Below are positions 41,097 to 55,383 of a stretch of 64,000 nucleotides of DNA, one piece after another. Both the position numbers and the translations under genes were made by a program. The stretch spans positions 176,018,001-176,082,000 of the forward strand of contig OZ024741.1 of the NCBI GenBank assembly GCA_964016885.1, written 5' to 3'. This DNA comes from Eledone cirrhosa. Lineage: Eukaryota. How positions within the stretch are numbered: position 1 is the first letter of the stretch; each line of letters opens with the position of its first letter. The notes beneath the pieces were generated by a model. It was not told where the DNA came from. It made no database searches and saw only the letters and a list, made by a program, of their open reading frames with translations.

Positions 41097-41734
41097 TATA
41101 TATATATATATCATAATATATAAGTGACTATAACGTCAAAATGGAAAATAATTAACGTAAGATATGAGAAAATAATTCAATCTCAATTTAAAAAAATCAA
41201 GACAGAGATTTTATCCACAGATTTTGTGAAATCCAGGGAAAAAACCAATAGAGTCTTAACTCAGAATAAAATAAAGTTTAAATATTCATCCTTCAATTTG
41301 GAAAAACTACAAATGTTCTATATAGTCTTAAAAAGACTATTTCACGAAACTTTTCAGTGGGATTAGTCACGGTTGGAGTCGTTCCTCAGTAGAGCTCAAC
41401 GCGATAACCAAAAATTCCAATGCCAAATTATGCTAAAAAGGGAATTTAAAAGCAGGCTAGTTCACATAAAAGAATTACAACCAAAATTAAATAGAATATA
41501 TGAGTGGAACAGCAACATCACAACTTACAATTAAGGACAAAATGAAAACAGACACACACATAGAACAAACAACCAACCAGTAACATGTAAATAAACAAAT
41601 AAATAAATGAACATAAACACACACAGACACCCGGATGTGGCACATGCGCAGACTGAGCACACAACACACACACAGAAACAAAATGGCGTAGGACAGAACA
41701 AAGGAGAGGCACAGAAACAAAGAAAGGAATCCCC

Positions 41735-41779
41735 AGTCATTGAAGAGGTCACGGAGTGTGTGACGAAAGAACTATGACT
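41735..41779 (+). ncRNA. Minimal hammerhead, U3-G8 variant; more degenerate relative at 38864-38906
   Basis: AGTCA-TTGAAGA-GGTCAC-GGAGTGT-GTGAC-GAAA-GAAC-TA-TGACT. Confidence 0.65.
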
Positions 41780-41932
41780 ATATATAAACAACTATCTGGT
41801 TGTGGAACCAACCAACCAACCAGAAATTTATAAATTTATAAATTTATAAATTTGTAAATATATAATAAATTGAAGTGAAACAACTGGTGCGTGTGTTTCT
41901 TATTGGCAACATGACCCTCCCAAAGTATAACA

Positions 41933-41974
<42 letters not shown>

Positions 41975-41983
<9 letters not shown>

Positions 41984-43797
41984 CAGACATGTACACACAA
42001 TCATACATTCATATACGAATATATAGAAAGGATATATGATAAAATAATACAAAAAGAATAATAGTAATAAAATGCATATATACTCCATATATAATCATCC
42101 GTACACATTCCTGTGAGATGCACATAAACATATACATGCATACACAAACACTCATACACATATATAGAGGCCCATATATGCATACACTCGCACCCATACA
42201 TATACATATATATACACACTTACGTACACACATACGCACACCTACTCATACGTAGCTATACGTATATACGCACACATATATACATATACATACATATATA
42301 TATCTATATATACACATATATATATATATATATATACATACACTCACACTCTGCCACATACTTACATACATGCACATGTCTGCACACACACGCGCTCATA
42401 AGCTCATGCATATACGTACCCATATACACCCCCCCACATACACAGCCACGTATATATATATATCTACATACACACACACATATATATACCTACGCACAGG
42501 TCCACACATAAAAATACCCGAAGATAAACACACTAGGATAATAAAATAAAATAAAATAAATAAATAAATTTACAATATTTTAGGATATACTAAAATCTGT
42601 ATGTAACTTCATAAATAGGTACATGAAAAAAAAGGGGTAAAATAAAAAACGTGGGGTGGGGTACAGGAGAAAGTGCGCGTATCCATGTGATATACTACAC
42701 ATAGGTAGTATGAGGTGCAAACTTGTGTCCGTATGTAGAAAAAGTAACAGTAACAGAACAATAATAGAACAATAATTGTTTCTACTTTAGGCACAAGTCC
42801 AGCAATTACCCAGTACATTACTGGTACTTTATTTTATCGACCCCGTAAGGATGAAAGGCAAAGTCAACCTCAACAATAATGACAGTAATAATCATTGTTC
42901 CAAAGTGGGAAATGTGGAGAGTATATTGTCACGATTGACGGGCTACACATTCAAGGAGCATGGCACCGTGGCTGGGATGTGCTGTTCTATATGTTTGGGG
43001 TATCGGACCGGGCGGCAGTGGGTTCCGTGTTAGCCCGTCCCGGCCCTTGCGATGTATCTTCCAATGTTGTGTGCTCGGTCAGTTGCGCCCCTGGTTTACA
43101 TATGTTTGCCTCACGGGTCGCACACCGGCATCAGCGCATGGCGTCCGGTCCCCTAGTCCCGTTGGGCCATTCGGGTCTGTGCGTACCCGTTCCCTTGCCC
43201 CCGGCCTGTGGAACCCGGAGAATTCCATACTGCAAATGTGCATCTTCTCTGGTGTCTGCAGGTCATGATAATTTCAGACTTCAGGACTTCTGCGCGTAGG
43301 TATATATATGTGTGTGTGTGTATGTAGATATATATATATATATACGTGGGCGTGTATGGGGGTGTGTATATGGGCATGGGTGCGTATATGCATGAGCCTA
43401 TGAGCGCATGTATGTACAGACATGTGCATGTATGTAAGTATGTGGCAGAGTGTGTGTGTATGTATATATATATATGTATGTGTATATATAGATATATATA
43501 TGTATGTATATGTATATATGTTTGCGTATGTACGTATAGCTACGTATGAGTAGGTGTGCGTAAGTGTGTATATATATGTATATATATGTATATGTGTGGG
43601 TTCGAGTGTATGCATATGTGGGCCTCTATATATGTGTATGTGTTTGTGTATGCATGTATATGTTTATGTGCATCTCACAGGAAGATGTACGCATGATTAT
43701 ATATGGAGTATATATGCATTTTATTACTATTATTCTTTTTGTATTATTTTATCATATATCCTTTGTATATATCCGTATATGTATGTATGAATGTGTG

Positions 43798-43805
<8 letters not shown>
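41975..43805. repeat. About 520-bp diverged inverted repeat enclosing an 800-bp spacer
   Basis: 41975-42497 versus 43292-43805. Mirror ORFs MEYICILLLLFF occur on opposite strands. Confidence 0.9.
42880..43290 (-). mobile_element. Probable PLE ORF end plus GC-rich 3' region
   Basis: LKSEIIMTCRHQRR resembles the SE...CRH terminus of Naiad-like PLE proteins. Confidence 0.45.
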
Positions 43806-43872
<67 letters not shown>

Positions 43873-43874
<2 letters not shown>

Positions 43875-44072
43875 CAATTAAGTTAAAAATGTACATCCAC
43901 ATATGTATACTGAAATACTAGTATGCATATGAATACACACACGTGTACATATGTAGATGTACATATGTAGATGTACTTATGTGGATGTACATTTTTAACT
44001 TAATTGTTTAAGCGTCAGTCATACAAAAGTGAGTTACAAACGAAACGAAATTTAATTTCGTTTCGTTATTTG

Positions 44073-44078
<6 letters not shown>
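43873..44078. mobile_element. Short fold-back insertion of the 466-B family
   Basis: 43978-44078 matches 62388-62488, including the same TTTA end. 43873-43962 is an inverted copy of about 62330-62417. Confidence 0.9.
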
Positions 44079-44122
<44 letters not shown>

Positions 44123-44139
44123 CACACATTCATACATAT

Positions 44140-44181
<42 letters not shown>

Positions 44182-44928
44182 TGAAACAAAATGAAAACGA
44201 AATTTCATTTCTCACTCTTAGTATGGCACTTACTTAAATGTAAGTATGCATGTATACGTACATACATATATGTATACAGACGTACAGTAGCATGCACATA
44301 TATATATATATATACATATATATATACATATGCATACAGGTACACATACATATATGCACGTATCAGTTTAGCAGCGCTAACGTCGCTTTGTTCGTTTGTA
44401 AACAAACTGAACAGCCTGAATTTATGCCATACGGTGTTAAGGCAACCACGTCACCTTTTTGTTCAACACTGACACAGGAACGATGTACTAGTTTCAAGCT
44501 TGTTAGCTATCATCAGCACCGTTTACCCATCTGCCAGATAGTTGAACGTTCGAAAGTATATACTTTCCTTATGAAAATTAACGGCTGAGCAGCCTAATTT
44601 GCATATTGAGTGAGTTAAATCGGTCAGGCATACCGAAAACGATAAATTGAAACAAAATGAAAACGAAATTTCATTTCTCACTCTTAGTATGGCACTTACT
44701 TAAATGTAAGTATGCATGTATACGTACATACATATATGTATACAGACGTACAGTAGCATGCACATATATATATATATATACATATATATATACATATGCA
44801 TACAGGTACACATACATATATGCACGTATCAGTTTAGCAGCGCTAACGTCGCTTTGTTCGTTTGTAAACAAACTGAACAGCCTGAATTTATGCCATACGG
44901 TATGCCTGACCGATTTAACTCACTCAAT

Positions 44929-44976
44929 ATGCAAATTAGGCTGCTCAGCCGTTAATTTTCATAAGGAAAGTATATA
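44929..44976 (+). promoter_or_regulatory. Candidate internal snRNA-type promoter block (octamer, conserved box, TATA-like), one per unit
   Basis: ATGCAAAT-taggctgc...TAATTTTCATA-aggaaag-TATATA, conserved in 466-B at 61591-61637. Function is inferred. Confidence 0.4.
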
Positions 44977-45009
44977 CTTTCGAACGTTCAACTATCTGGC
45001 AGATGGGTA

Positions 45010-45054
45010 AACGGTGCTGATGATAGCTAACAAGCTTGAAACTAGTACATCGTT
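45010..45054 (+). ncRNA. Type I hammerhead of 466-A; also at 45476, 45942, 46408, 46874, 47340 (+) and 44479-44523 (-)
   Basis: AACGGTG-CTGATGA-TAGCT-AACA-AGCTT-GAAA-CTAG-TA-CATCGTT. Confidence 0.85.
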
Positions 45055-48000
45055 CCTGTGTCAGTGTTGAACAAAAAGGTGACGTGGTTGCCTTAACACC
45101 GTATGGCATAAATTCAGGCTGTTCAGTTTGTTTACAAACGAACAAAGCGACGTTAGCGCTGCTAAACTGATACGTGCATATATGTATGTGTACCTGTATG
45201 CATATGTATATATATATGTATATATATATATATATGTGCATGCTACTGTACGTCTGTATACATATATGTATGTACGTATACATGCATACTTACATTTAAG
45301 TAAGTGCCATACTAAGAGTGAGAAATGAAATTTCGTTTTCATTTTGTTTCAATTTATCGTTTTCGGTATGCCTGACCGATTTAACTCACTCAATATGCAA
45401 ATTAGGCTGCTCAGCCGTTAATTTTCATAAGGAAAGTATATACTTTCGAACGTTCAACTATCTGGCAGATGGGTAAACGGTGCTGATGATAGCTAACAAG
45501 CTTGAAACTAGTACATCGTTCCTGTGTCAGTGTTGAACAAAAAGGTGACGTGGTTGCCTTAACACCGTATGGCATAAATTCAGGCTGTTCAGTTTGTTTA
45601 CAAACGAACAAAGCGACGTTAGCGCTGCTAAACTGATACGTGCATATATGTATGTGTACCTGTATGCATATGTATATATATATGTATATATATATATATA
45701 TGTGCATGCTACTGTACGTCTGTATACATATATGTATGTACGTATACATGCATACTTACATTTAAGTAAGTGCCATACTAAGAGTGAGAAATGAAATTTC
45801 GTTTTCATTTTGTTTCAATTTATCGTTTTCGGTATGCCTGACCGATTTAACTCACTCAATATGCAAATTAGGCTGCTCAGCCGTTAATTTTCATAAGGAA
45901 AGTATATACTTTCGAACGTTCAACTATCTGGCAGATGGGTAAACGGTGCTGATGATAGCTAACAAGCTTGAAACTAGTACATCGTTCCTGTGTCAGTGTT
46001 GAACAAAAAGGTGACGTGGTTGCCTTAACACCGTATGGCATAAATTCAGGCTGTTCAGTTTGTTTACAAACGAACAAAGCGACGTTAGCGCTGCTAAACT
46101 GATACGTGCATATATGTATGTGTACCTGGATGCATATGTATATATATATGTATATATATATATATATGTGCATGCTACTGTACGTCTGTATACATATATG
46201 TATGTACGTATACATGCATACTTACATTTAAGTAAGTGCCATACTAAGAGTGAGAAATGAAATTTCGTTTTCATTTTGTTTCAATTTATCGTTTTCGGTA
46301 TGCCTGACCGATTTAACTCACTCAATATGCAAATTAGGCTGCTCAGCCGTTAATTTTCATAAGGAAAGTATATACTTTCGAACGTTCAACTATCTGGCAG
46401 ATGGGTAAACGGTGCTGATGATAGCTAACAAGCTTGAAACTAGTACATCGTTCCTGTGTCAGTGTTGAACAAAAAGGTGACGTGGTTGCCTTAACACCGT
46501 ATGGCATAAATTCAGGCTGTTCAGTTTGTTTACAAACGAACAAAGCGACGTTAGCGCTGCTAAACTGATACGTGCATATATGTATGTGTACCTGTATGCA
46601 TATGTATATATATATGTATATATATATATATATGTGCATGCTACTGTACGTCTGTATACATATATGTATGTACGTATACATGCATACTTACATTTAAGTA
46701 AGTGCCATACTAAGAGTGAGAAATGAAATTTCGTTTTCATTTTGTTTCAATTTATCGTTTTCGGTATGCCTGACCGATTTAACTCACTCAATATGCAAAT
46801 TAGGCTGCTCAGCCGTTAATTTTCATAAGGAAAGTATATACTTTCGAACGTTCAACTATCTGGCAGATGGGTAAACGGTGCTGATGATAGCTAACAAGCT
46901 TGAAACTAGTACATCGTTCCTGTGTCAGTGTTGAACAAAAAGGTGACGTGGTTGCCTTAACACCGTATGGCATAAATTCAGGCTGTTCAGTTTGTTTACA
47001 AACGAACAAAGCGAGGTTAGCGCTGCTAAACTGATACGTGCATATATGTATGTGTACCTGTATGCATATGTATATATATATGTATATATATATATATATG
47101 TGCATGCTACTGTACGTCTGTATACATATATGTATGTACGTATACATGCATACTTACATTTAAGTAAGTGCCATACTAAGAGTGAGAAATGAAATTTCGT
47201 TTTCATTTTGTTTCAATTTATCGTTTTCGGTATGCCTGACCGATTTAACTCACTCAATATGCAAATTAGGCTGCTCAGCCGTTAATTTTCATAAGGAAAG
47301 TATATACTTTCGAACGTTCAACTATCTGGCAGATGGGTAAACGGTGCTGATGATAGCTAACAAGCTTGAAACTAGTACATCGTTCCTGTGTCAGTGTTGA
47401 ACAAAAAGGTGACGTGGTTGCCTTAACACCGTATGGCATAAATTCAGGCTGTTCAGTTTGTTTACAAACGAACAAAGCGACGTTAGCGCTGCTAAACTGA
47501 TACGTGCATATATGTATGTGTACCTGTATGCATATGTATATATATATGTATATATATATATATATGTGCATGCTACTGTACGTCTGTATACATATATGTA
47601 TGTACGTATACATGCATACTTATATATATATATATATATATATATAATAATAAGGGCACTGCGGAGTTGCAAATGGGTTACATATGAAAAAAGTTTGTCC
47701 TTCATCAGTGATCTTCCAATTATCATAGGTATTTCATCGCTTTAAAGACCATATACCTCCGGTTGGTGCGAGCAACGGCTAAAAGAAGTCGTTGGGACAC
47801 GTAAATAAAGGGGACGCGAGGGTAAACAAACAAAATGGTGAGGCAACAGAAAGTGAGGAAGGAGGAAACAAGTCCCAGATTTCTATGAATTTAAGTTTGG
47901 TGAAATCGTGAACGAGAGAATAAAGACCATCAAACCTGGTTGAAATGTGAACAAGGAAGGAATTTCGCACAGGTCTAACGGGAGGAAGAAGGGGTCTGGT

Positions 48001-48381
48001 CTGCGAATTCGGTAAACATAAGTTCTGTGAAATCGTAGACGCGAGAGAAAATATATATATATTATTTATATTATATTATATATATATTATATTATATATA
48101 TTATATTATACACTATATTGATATTTTATACTTTATATTTTATATTTTATGTTGTTATTTTACCGTCATTTTATGGTATACTATGTTTTTTATTATATAA
48201 TGTATTTTTAATTAACGGTTTTGTTTATATATGTATATGGGGAAGCACATGTGTGTGTAAGCAAACATGCATATGTGCAGGTGTCTGCATGTGGCAGTCC
48301 GTGTGCGTATGTATGTGTAGATGTATATATGTCTGCATGTATATATGTATGTATATGTGTGGGCGTGAGTATAAATGTAGG

Positions 48382-48466
<85 letters not shown>

Positions 48467-48544
48467 ATGTATGTGTATGTAAGTTTGTGTACGTATGTGT
48501 ATTTTGTATGTATGTGTGTGCATGTGTGTATATATATATGTGTA

Positions 48545-48681
<137 letters not shown>

Positions 48682-49491
48682 ATATACGTGTGTATGTGTA
48701 TAGGTGTGTGTATGAGTGTGTGTTTATATATATAAATGTATTTAAGGTTGTGCGTATGTATGTGTGCGTATGTATGTGTGCGCGCGATTGTGTGTGTATA
48801 TGTGTATGTTTACGTAGACCATGCTTGTTCGACCGGATATATGGCGCGACTTAAGCAGTCGTTATAAGGCTTGTGGCGATATGTATCTAGAAGTGGGTGT
48901 GACTGGGTCCGTGGAAGTGAGGGAGAGCGTGTGTGTGGATGTGTGTGTCTACGCATGTATGCGTACATGTGTGTATGCACGCATGTGTCTGTGTCTGCAT
49001 GTGTGTGTATATATGTGTGTATATTCGTATGTGTAGGTGCTTACTCTGGAGTGTGAACAGACGTGTGAGATGCTGAACCCAGCATGACTCCATTGAAGTG
49101 TGTCGGACGTAAAATGGCTGATGACCCGTGTAGCAGTAAATACTGACCAGACCTTATGATGACGTGGAGTAAAAACAGCCAATGGCATGACTAGAGTGGA
49201 AAAGGTGTTTTTTTAGGGTGTTTTTTGATGATAACACCCCAGTGATAAAATTTGCTCCGAACGAACTACCCGTGTCTGAAAGAACCTGCAGTCGTAGAAT
49301 CTGCCAGATCCATACAAGGACCATGTCTCGAGCTAGCTGCCGGCGAAACATTTGTAACACGCAATAAATTAAGTCCAGATGCATCACTGATTTTTTGTTT
49401 TCTTTATACTATCTACACTCTACTCAGCTGAATATCGAGTGCTAATTTTGGCATACCGCCTATGGAAGGACCATAGCTACCGTTATACACA

Positions 49492-49543
<52 letters not shown>

Positions 49544-49841
49544 TAAATTTAGCGAGAATCGTATTTTGGCGGGTAGAAATTAGCGAAACGCAACTTCCAT
49601 ATTGTGCAGACAAGCGCTCCATGGATATGAAGAAGATACCAGAGCTATAAACATAAGTTAAAATGGTCATACACGCTCAGATGATGGTTAAGAAGACATT
49701 AACCACCTTAGCCAAAAAAGCGAACAAGCTAAACGGGTCAAACCAAATGAGATATGATTTAAACAGTTACCCGGACCCTCGGGGAAGATGGAATACTCTG
49801 AAATTGGGTTTCTGCAACACCTAAATCAATAATACTGTCTG

Positions 49842-50217
<376 letters not shown>

Positions 50218-52189
50218 TATATGAAGGTGATACCCAGAAACATTAGTGTCTGCAGTTCTGTCCACATGCCAACACAAGAGCAAGAATGGATGGTTCATTC
50301 TACTGACATGGCTATAAAATTGAGACTTGTTTGGATAACTGCAAACGTATCGAATGTTATTATTAATATTCGAAAACCTCAGATTACATTTATTATATAT
50401 ATATATGCCAATCATTGTATTTGAATCTGACATTCAAAGACATATATACAGGAATATATGTGTGCGCGCGATTGTGTGTGTATATGTGTATATTTATCCT
50501 ATTTGATTCAAATATCACAGAGAGAAAGTAAGAGAGTTGGGTGGGGGTGGGGAAATGAGGTGCATCAGAAATGAAATATGGATTACAGGTTAAAATATAG
50601 TCTAGATAGATGAGAACGAAACGAGCATATAATTTATGGAACACCCAAATGATTTAAAAGTCGACCTTAAGTAAGAACAATAACATAAAGAAAGACATGA
50701 ACGACACCACAACACTTTGTGTTGAAAAATTTGAAAGTAGGTTTATAAGTATGAATTTTCATAGGATTTTCGTAGGCCTAGCGGTGGAGATGCTGACTTT
50801 AGGTTCAATCCTGGTTAAGAGATTAACATGTAAGCTTTTACAGTTTTTATTTTACAACCAATAGAAAAAGACTGAAAAGGTTTCACGGGACCCTACTCCG
50901 GACCAGGATCACCACCGTCTTTTATTCCTCCAACTAGGCCACCGAGACAGCTACAAAAGTATAATGAAAATTGATAATTATAAACCTACTTTCAAAATCA
51001 AAGTTAAAAAGATGCGGTCTCGTTCATGGCTTTCCTAGAGCTATTAGTAATATTTAGGGTCGACTTCTAGTCATTATTGAAAGTCTCTGGATTTCACAAA
51101 ATACATAATATATTTTACTGGAGAAGGTAAGATATTTTCCCGCAAAAATTTGATTGCACTGTTTTGTTTCCACTTATGTATTTTTCAAAAATGTTATTTA
51201 TTCATTCTAAAAATTAAATGATAGCATTGTATATGTAGGTGGGCCCCCTTCATCTCCTGGCAACCAATATTTTTAGACCAAGTCCGCCACTGTTCATGAA
51301 CATCGGGTGTTTCCATTTTGTCTTAAAAATATAAACAGCCGAACAAACATGCAAGGGAGATAATTCCGGAAATTTAACTCGAGAAATGTTTTTCCCCGGA
51401 TTAAACAAACTAGTTTTAGAAAGGACAATATCCACCTCCCTGAATTACAATTAATTACCGGAGACATTATTAGATCTCAGAAGTGGACATAGTTGTGTTT
51501 ATATTTCCCTAGAAAGTTCTCATTCTCATTTACTGAAGTATACTCACAGACTCATATACCCATAATATGTGGAAAAATATATGTTCTGGGATATAAAAAC
51601 ACAAGTGTTCCTGAATATACGAACTATAACCCATATATTTATGTACGCTTAGGGGTACAAATATCTATTTCATTTTAAATGTTTGTAAGTGCATATTTCG
51701 AATTATGCGTAACCTAGGTTTAGACTAACTAGACCAGGATAAAATCACATTTGATTCCCTAAATCACAATTAATTAACAGGAACACTAATTGATAAAAGC
51801 AGAAATATACATAGTCATGTTTCTATACATTAATATTCTGTAGAGGTCTTTCATTCTCTTGTTGGCTGAACTATAATCGTAGATTCATATATACATATTG
51901 TGTGAAAAAGAACTATACTGAGATATTATGTGCTGAGATATAAACACACTATTGTTTCAACCTACAAATTGTATAAATATATGCTTTTACCTATGCCTAG
52001 GGTCACAAATAAAGATTTCTTGTTAGATTCCTCCAACACGACATCATCAGGCAGTATTAATAATAAAGGAATGAAGAATTTAAATTAAATGATAGGGTTT
52101 TTATGTAACATTTCTAATGCAATACGGATTATGGAAAAGGGAACGGATGACATCGATGATGGTCCACTCAGAGTCCACCCCTTATGAAT

Positions 52190-54700
52190 TCAGTCCCACT
52201 TTACACTTGCTTGCAGGCGTGGAAGTGGGGGATTGATAAACTATCCACTACATCACTATCGTCTGTATTTAGTTGAACACTTGCTAAATGTTCTCAGAAC
52301 AAGCTTCCCAGTTATTTATCAAAGTCCTTCATCTTCAACAGTTGGTGAGATATTTTGCCCTCTGATATGACGATCACAGATTTCTAATTAGCCATAAACT
52401 GTTATCTTATCTCCTAGTATCTTATAGTGTAGCGACCGCCAACATCAGTTATGTAATCAGTACCAGTATAGTAAAATTCTCGTTGTAACACTCATCACCA
52501 CCAGCTCTAACACTGGCGTCAAGCACGACAATCCAGGTCACACGCCTTACCGTAAATGCATATAGTGATGAAGACACTTAATATATAACTGATTTAATAA
52601 ATAAATTAATGGATGAAGATTTAGGGGTCTCGAAGTATGCGAAACAATCAGACCCTTCTTGGAAATACTCAACGATTACTCGATGTCCTACTGCAGAGTG
52701 AATATTTTTCCGGCTGTGATATATCCGGGGCAAAACACATACTGTTTGTCAGCTATTGTGGACTCGCCAATATTCTTACTTTTCTTTGGCTGACGCTTAT
52801 AGACGTTACAGGTGATGTGTCAGAAGGCTATCCCTCTATAATTAGATCAATCTCTCTAGTCTCCCTTTGTGAAAATTAGAATTATCATTCCCGATTGCTA
52901 CAGCTTTGCAGCCTTTCTAGAGATGCAGGCCACCAGGCATGAATGATCAGCCAGAGAATACCTTCTCTATTTAAAGCTTTTGACATTTCGGGCCGAATCT
53001 CTCATCCCCTTACCCCATAGGCCTTGCCATATTTGAATCCTTAAATTTTTCTGGTGAGCTTAGTCATCACAACTAGATGTACATCATGTACATGAGAATA
53101 TCTTTTTTCACCCTCTTCATAAATCAGCAAAGTAGTCTCTCAATTAAGTGAGAACCTTCGAGGAGTTTATGATAACAGCTGTAGAGGAGTCTTTATAATT
53201 CGAGGTCGGCAGATTGTCTTCCAGAAAGCTCTGATGTTTTATCTTTGCACAACTTGATTGTCTCTGCTGCAACTTTTCCAGCCTGCTTGAAACGTACGTG
53301 CAAGGAGTACTTATTTCCAAATCAAGCTTTGCAAACCTCCTTCTTCGTTTGAATGCCAGCTTCAGCCTCCTGTTTGTTTCAGGGGGTTCTCCTGCCAGCC
53401 GTCACCACACCGAACAGCATTTAACAGCTGAAGCAAAAACAGTAAAGCTGATAAAGTTCCACACCGTTTCAACATTCTAAGTTCGTTCAGGTATATATAT
53501 CTGAACTTGAATGCATTAGTCCCCGCATTCCTGGTCCTGACATTCTCAGTAGTCTGCGCGTCGCACTTTTCTCATCTAGATCCAGCTAGACTTCTTAGTT
53601 CCATGTGTTTTCTTCACTTTAGGTAGAATCAGGCTGCGACATCACTATAGTTATAAGTTGATAGCCCAACCTATCTCTTAACAAGAACATCCAGCATAAC
53701 ATCGAAAAGAACACACGCTAAAATATCAATTACTGGCATATGTCCCTGATGTGCCTATACCATGTATACTTATGTATGACTTAGCCCAGGAAAAGTCTCC
53801 ATTGGTAGAACAGGAGTGTATTACGTCCACTCCGTTCGTATATATGCATTTCGAGTTCACCGTTCTTTCTAATTACTCCCTTCCATGTCAAATGATCAGT
53901 GCCAACATTTGCATTGAAGTCTCGTAGTAGGATATAGGACATTGTCCTAACTACGTCTAGCACTGCAGTACACTAAGAAAGAATCTGTATTCGGACTCTT
54001 TAATACATAAATTTGTACCATTCACTGAGCCTTTCTTTCAGTCTAATTTTCAAGAGGCAAATACTTCGTGATAAACGGATCCATTCTATAACACATTCCG
54101 ACAGGCGGATACTTGTGACTATCCTCACTTTTACCTGTACAGGTGTTTCTAGCAACACACCTAATTAGTGGAGTGTCCAGCTTCCATTTAATTCTACTGT
54201 ACCAGTGCTACAGAAGTCTTTTGAGAAAACTCCTACTATATATAGCCTGTAACATCTGTCCTCCTCTACAAGTTCCTACTTCTTGCCTGGAAAAGCTGCA
54301 ATGTTCTAGTTGCTAATTGTTAACATTTGCATTCCTCTGGACTCTCTTTGGGGTCTCCAGATACGCAAACTTTTTGTGCCCATCTTCCGCCTCCCAAAAT
54401 ATGTAGCAGTCCCATCACCAATCTTTTCAGGATTACATGGAGCCTGCAATATACTTTTCGAATGAGCATTTGTAGTTAAGATCTGAACGCATTTCTTCTT
54501 ACCCCATGTGAAGGACGAAGCGGTATGATTGATTTTATTGAATCTCACCAGAGAGTATTTGGTGGTGTTATTCGCGCCAGTCACCAATTTTATAATTTTA
54601 GAGGCGACCTTTACTCCACATGTCGTAACTAGATCCCTGGTTTGTAAGAATTATCGTGAAAGCTAACAAAATCACCTATTACTGCATCTAACCTAGAAGC
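52190..54700 (-). mobile_element. Highly decayed RTE-type LINE (5' region, APE, start of RT)
   Basis: LLRDFNANVG.D..TWKGVI.KNG; DEIRPEMSKAL; NYRGI. Confidence 0.75.
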
Positions 54701-55300
54701 TCATCACTGTTTGATCCACTGTTGCTTATACGTTCGACATAATCCCATTTATATCACTACTATCTATCATATATGGTAGCAGTATCGGTATCTGCCAACT
54801 GCAGGACAGCTCTGCCGAGATACATTTAATTTATAAATTTACATTTTTACAATTTCAATTTTTAATTATTTAATATTTTTACATTTTAATTCAATAAATA
54901 TTTAAATATAAATATTCAAGGACATTTTAATTTATAATATATCTAGTTTTTAATTATTTTATAAATTTTTCATGAAGAATGTTTAATTTGGAATTTTTGG
55001 AAAAAGATTTAATGTTTTCTAATTTATATGATTTTGGCTGATTCTCAACGTTGTTAACATATTTTATACGTCGTTATATATCAATTTCATCAATTTCACA
55101 TGTCTATATATCTGTTATCAGTACATGTTAAAGTCTATGCATATTTGATTTATCGATTTATACATTTTATTTTCCAACTGGATTACTGCCAATAATTGAA
55201 CACAGTTTATTTAATTTTTCAATTACAATGTTTTAAGCAAATTTGTTCTTTGCGTCAGTCATGTTTTTCTTTATATATTTCTACGTGACAGTATTTATTT

Positions 55301-55383
<83 letters not shown>

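Larger units (their letters stand above)
44177..47622. repeat. 466-bp tandem array (family 466-A): about 1.55 units on the minus strand then about 5.8 units on the plus strand, between (TA)n tracts
   Basis: Exact 466 periodicity (ORFs at 44945, 45411, 45877, 46343, 46809, 47275). Inversion junction at about 44898-44901. I noticed only two substitutions (46129, 47015). Confidence 0.95.

Noticed and set aside
43070-43120. SECIS-like GTGA...AAA...TGA on the minus strand of the putative PLE 3' region
   Set aside because: The required helix II does not pair.
44191-47745. Repeated 66, 93 and 112 aa ORFs in the 466-A array as a gene cluster
   Set aside because: They overlap on both strands, span TA-rich tracts and are not conserved in 466-B.
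49040-49390. Possible very decayed GIY-YIG (LIYCV...MESCWVQHL) on the minus strand
   Set aside because: Too frameshifted to call by eye.
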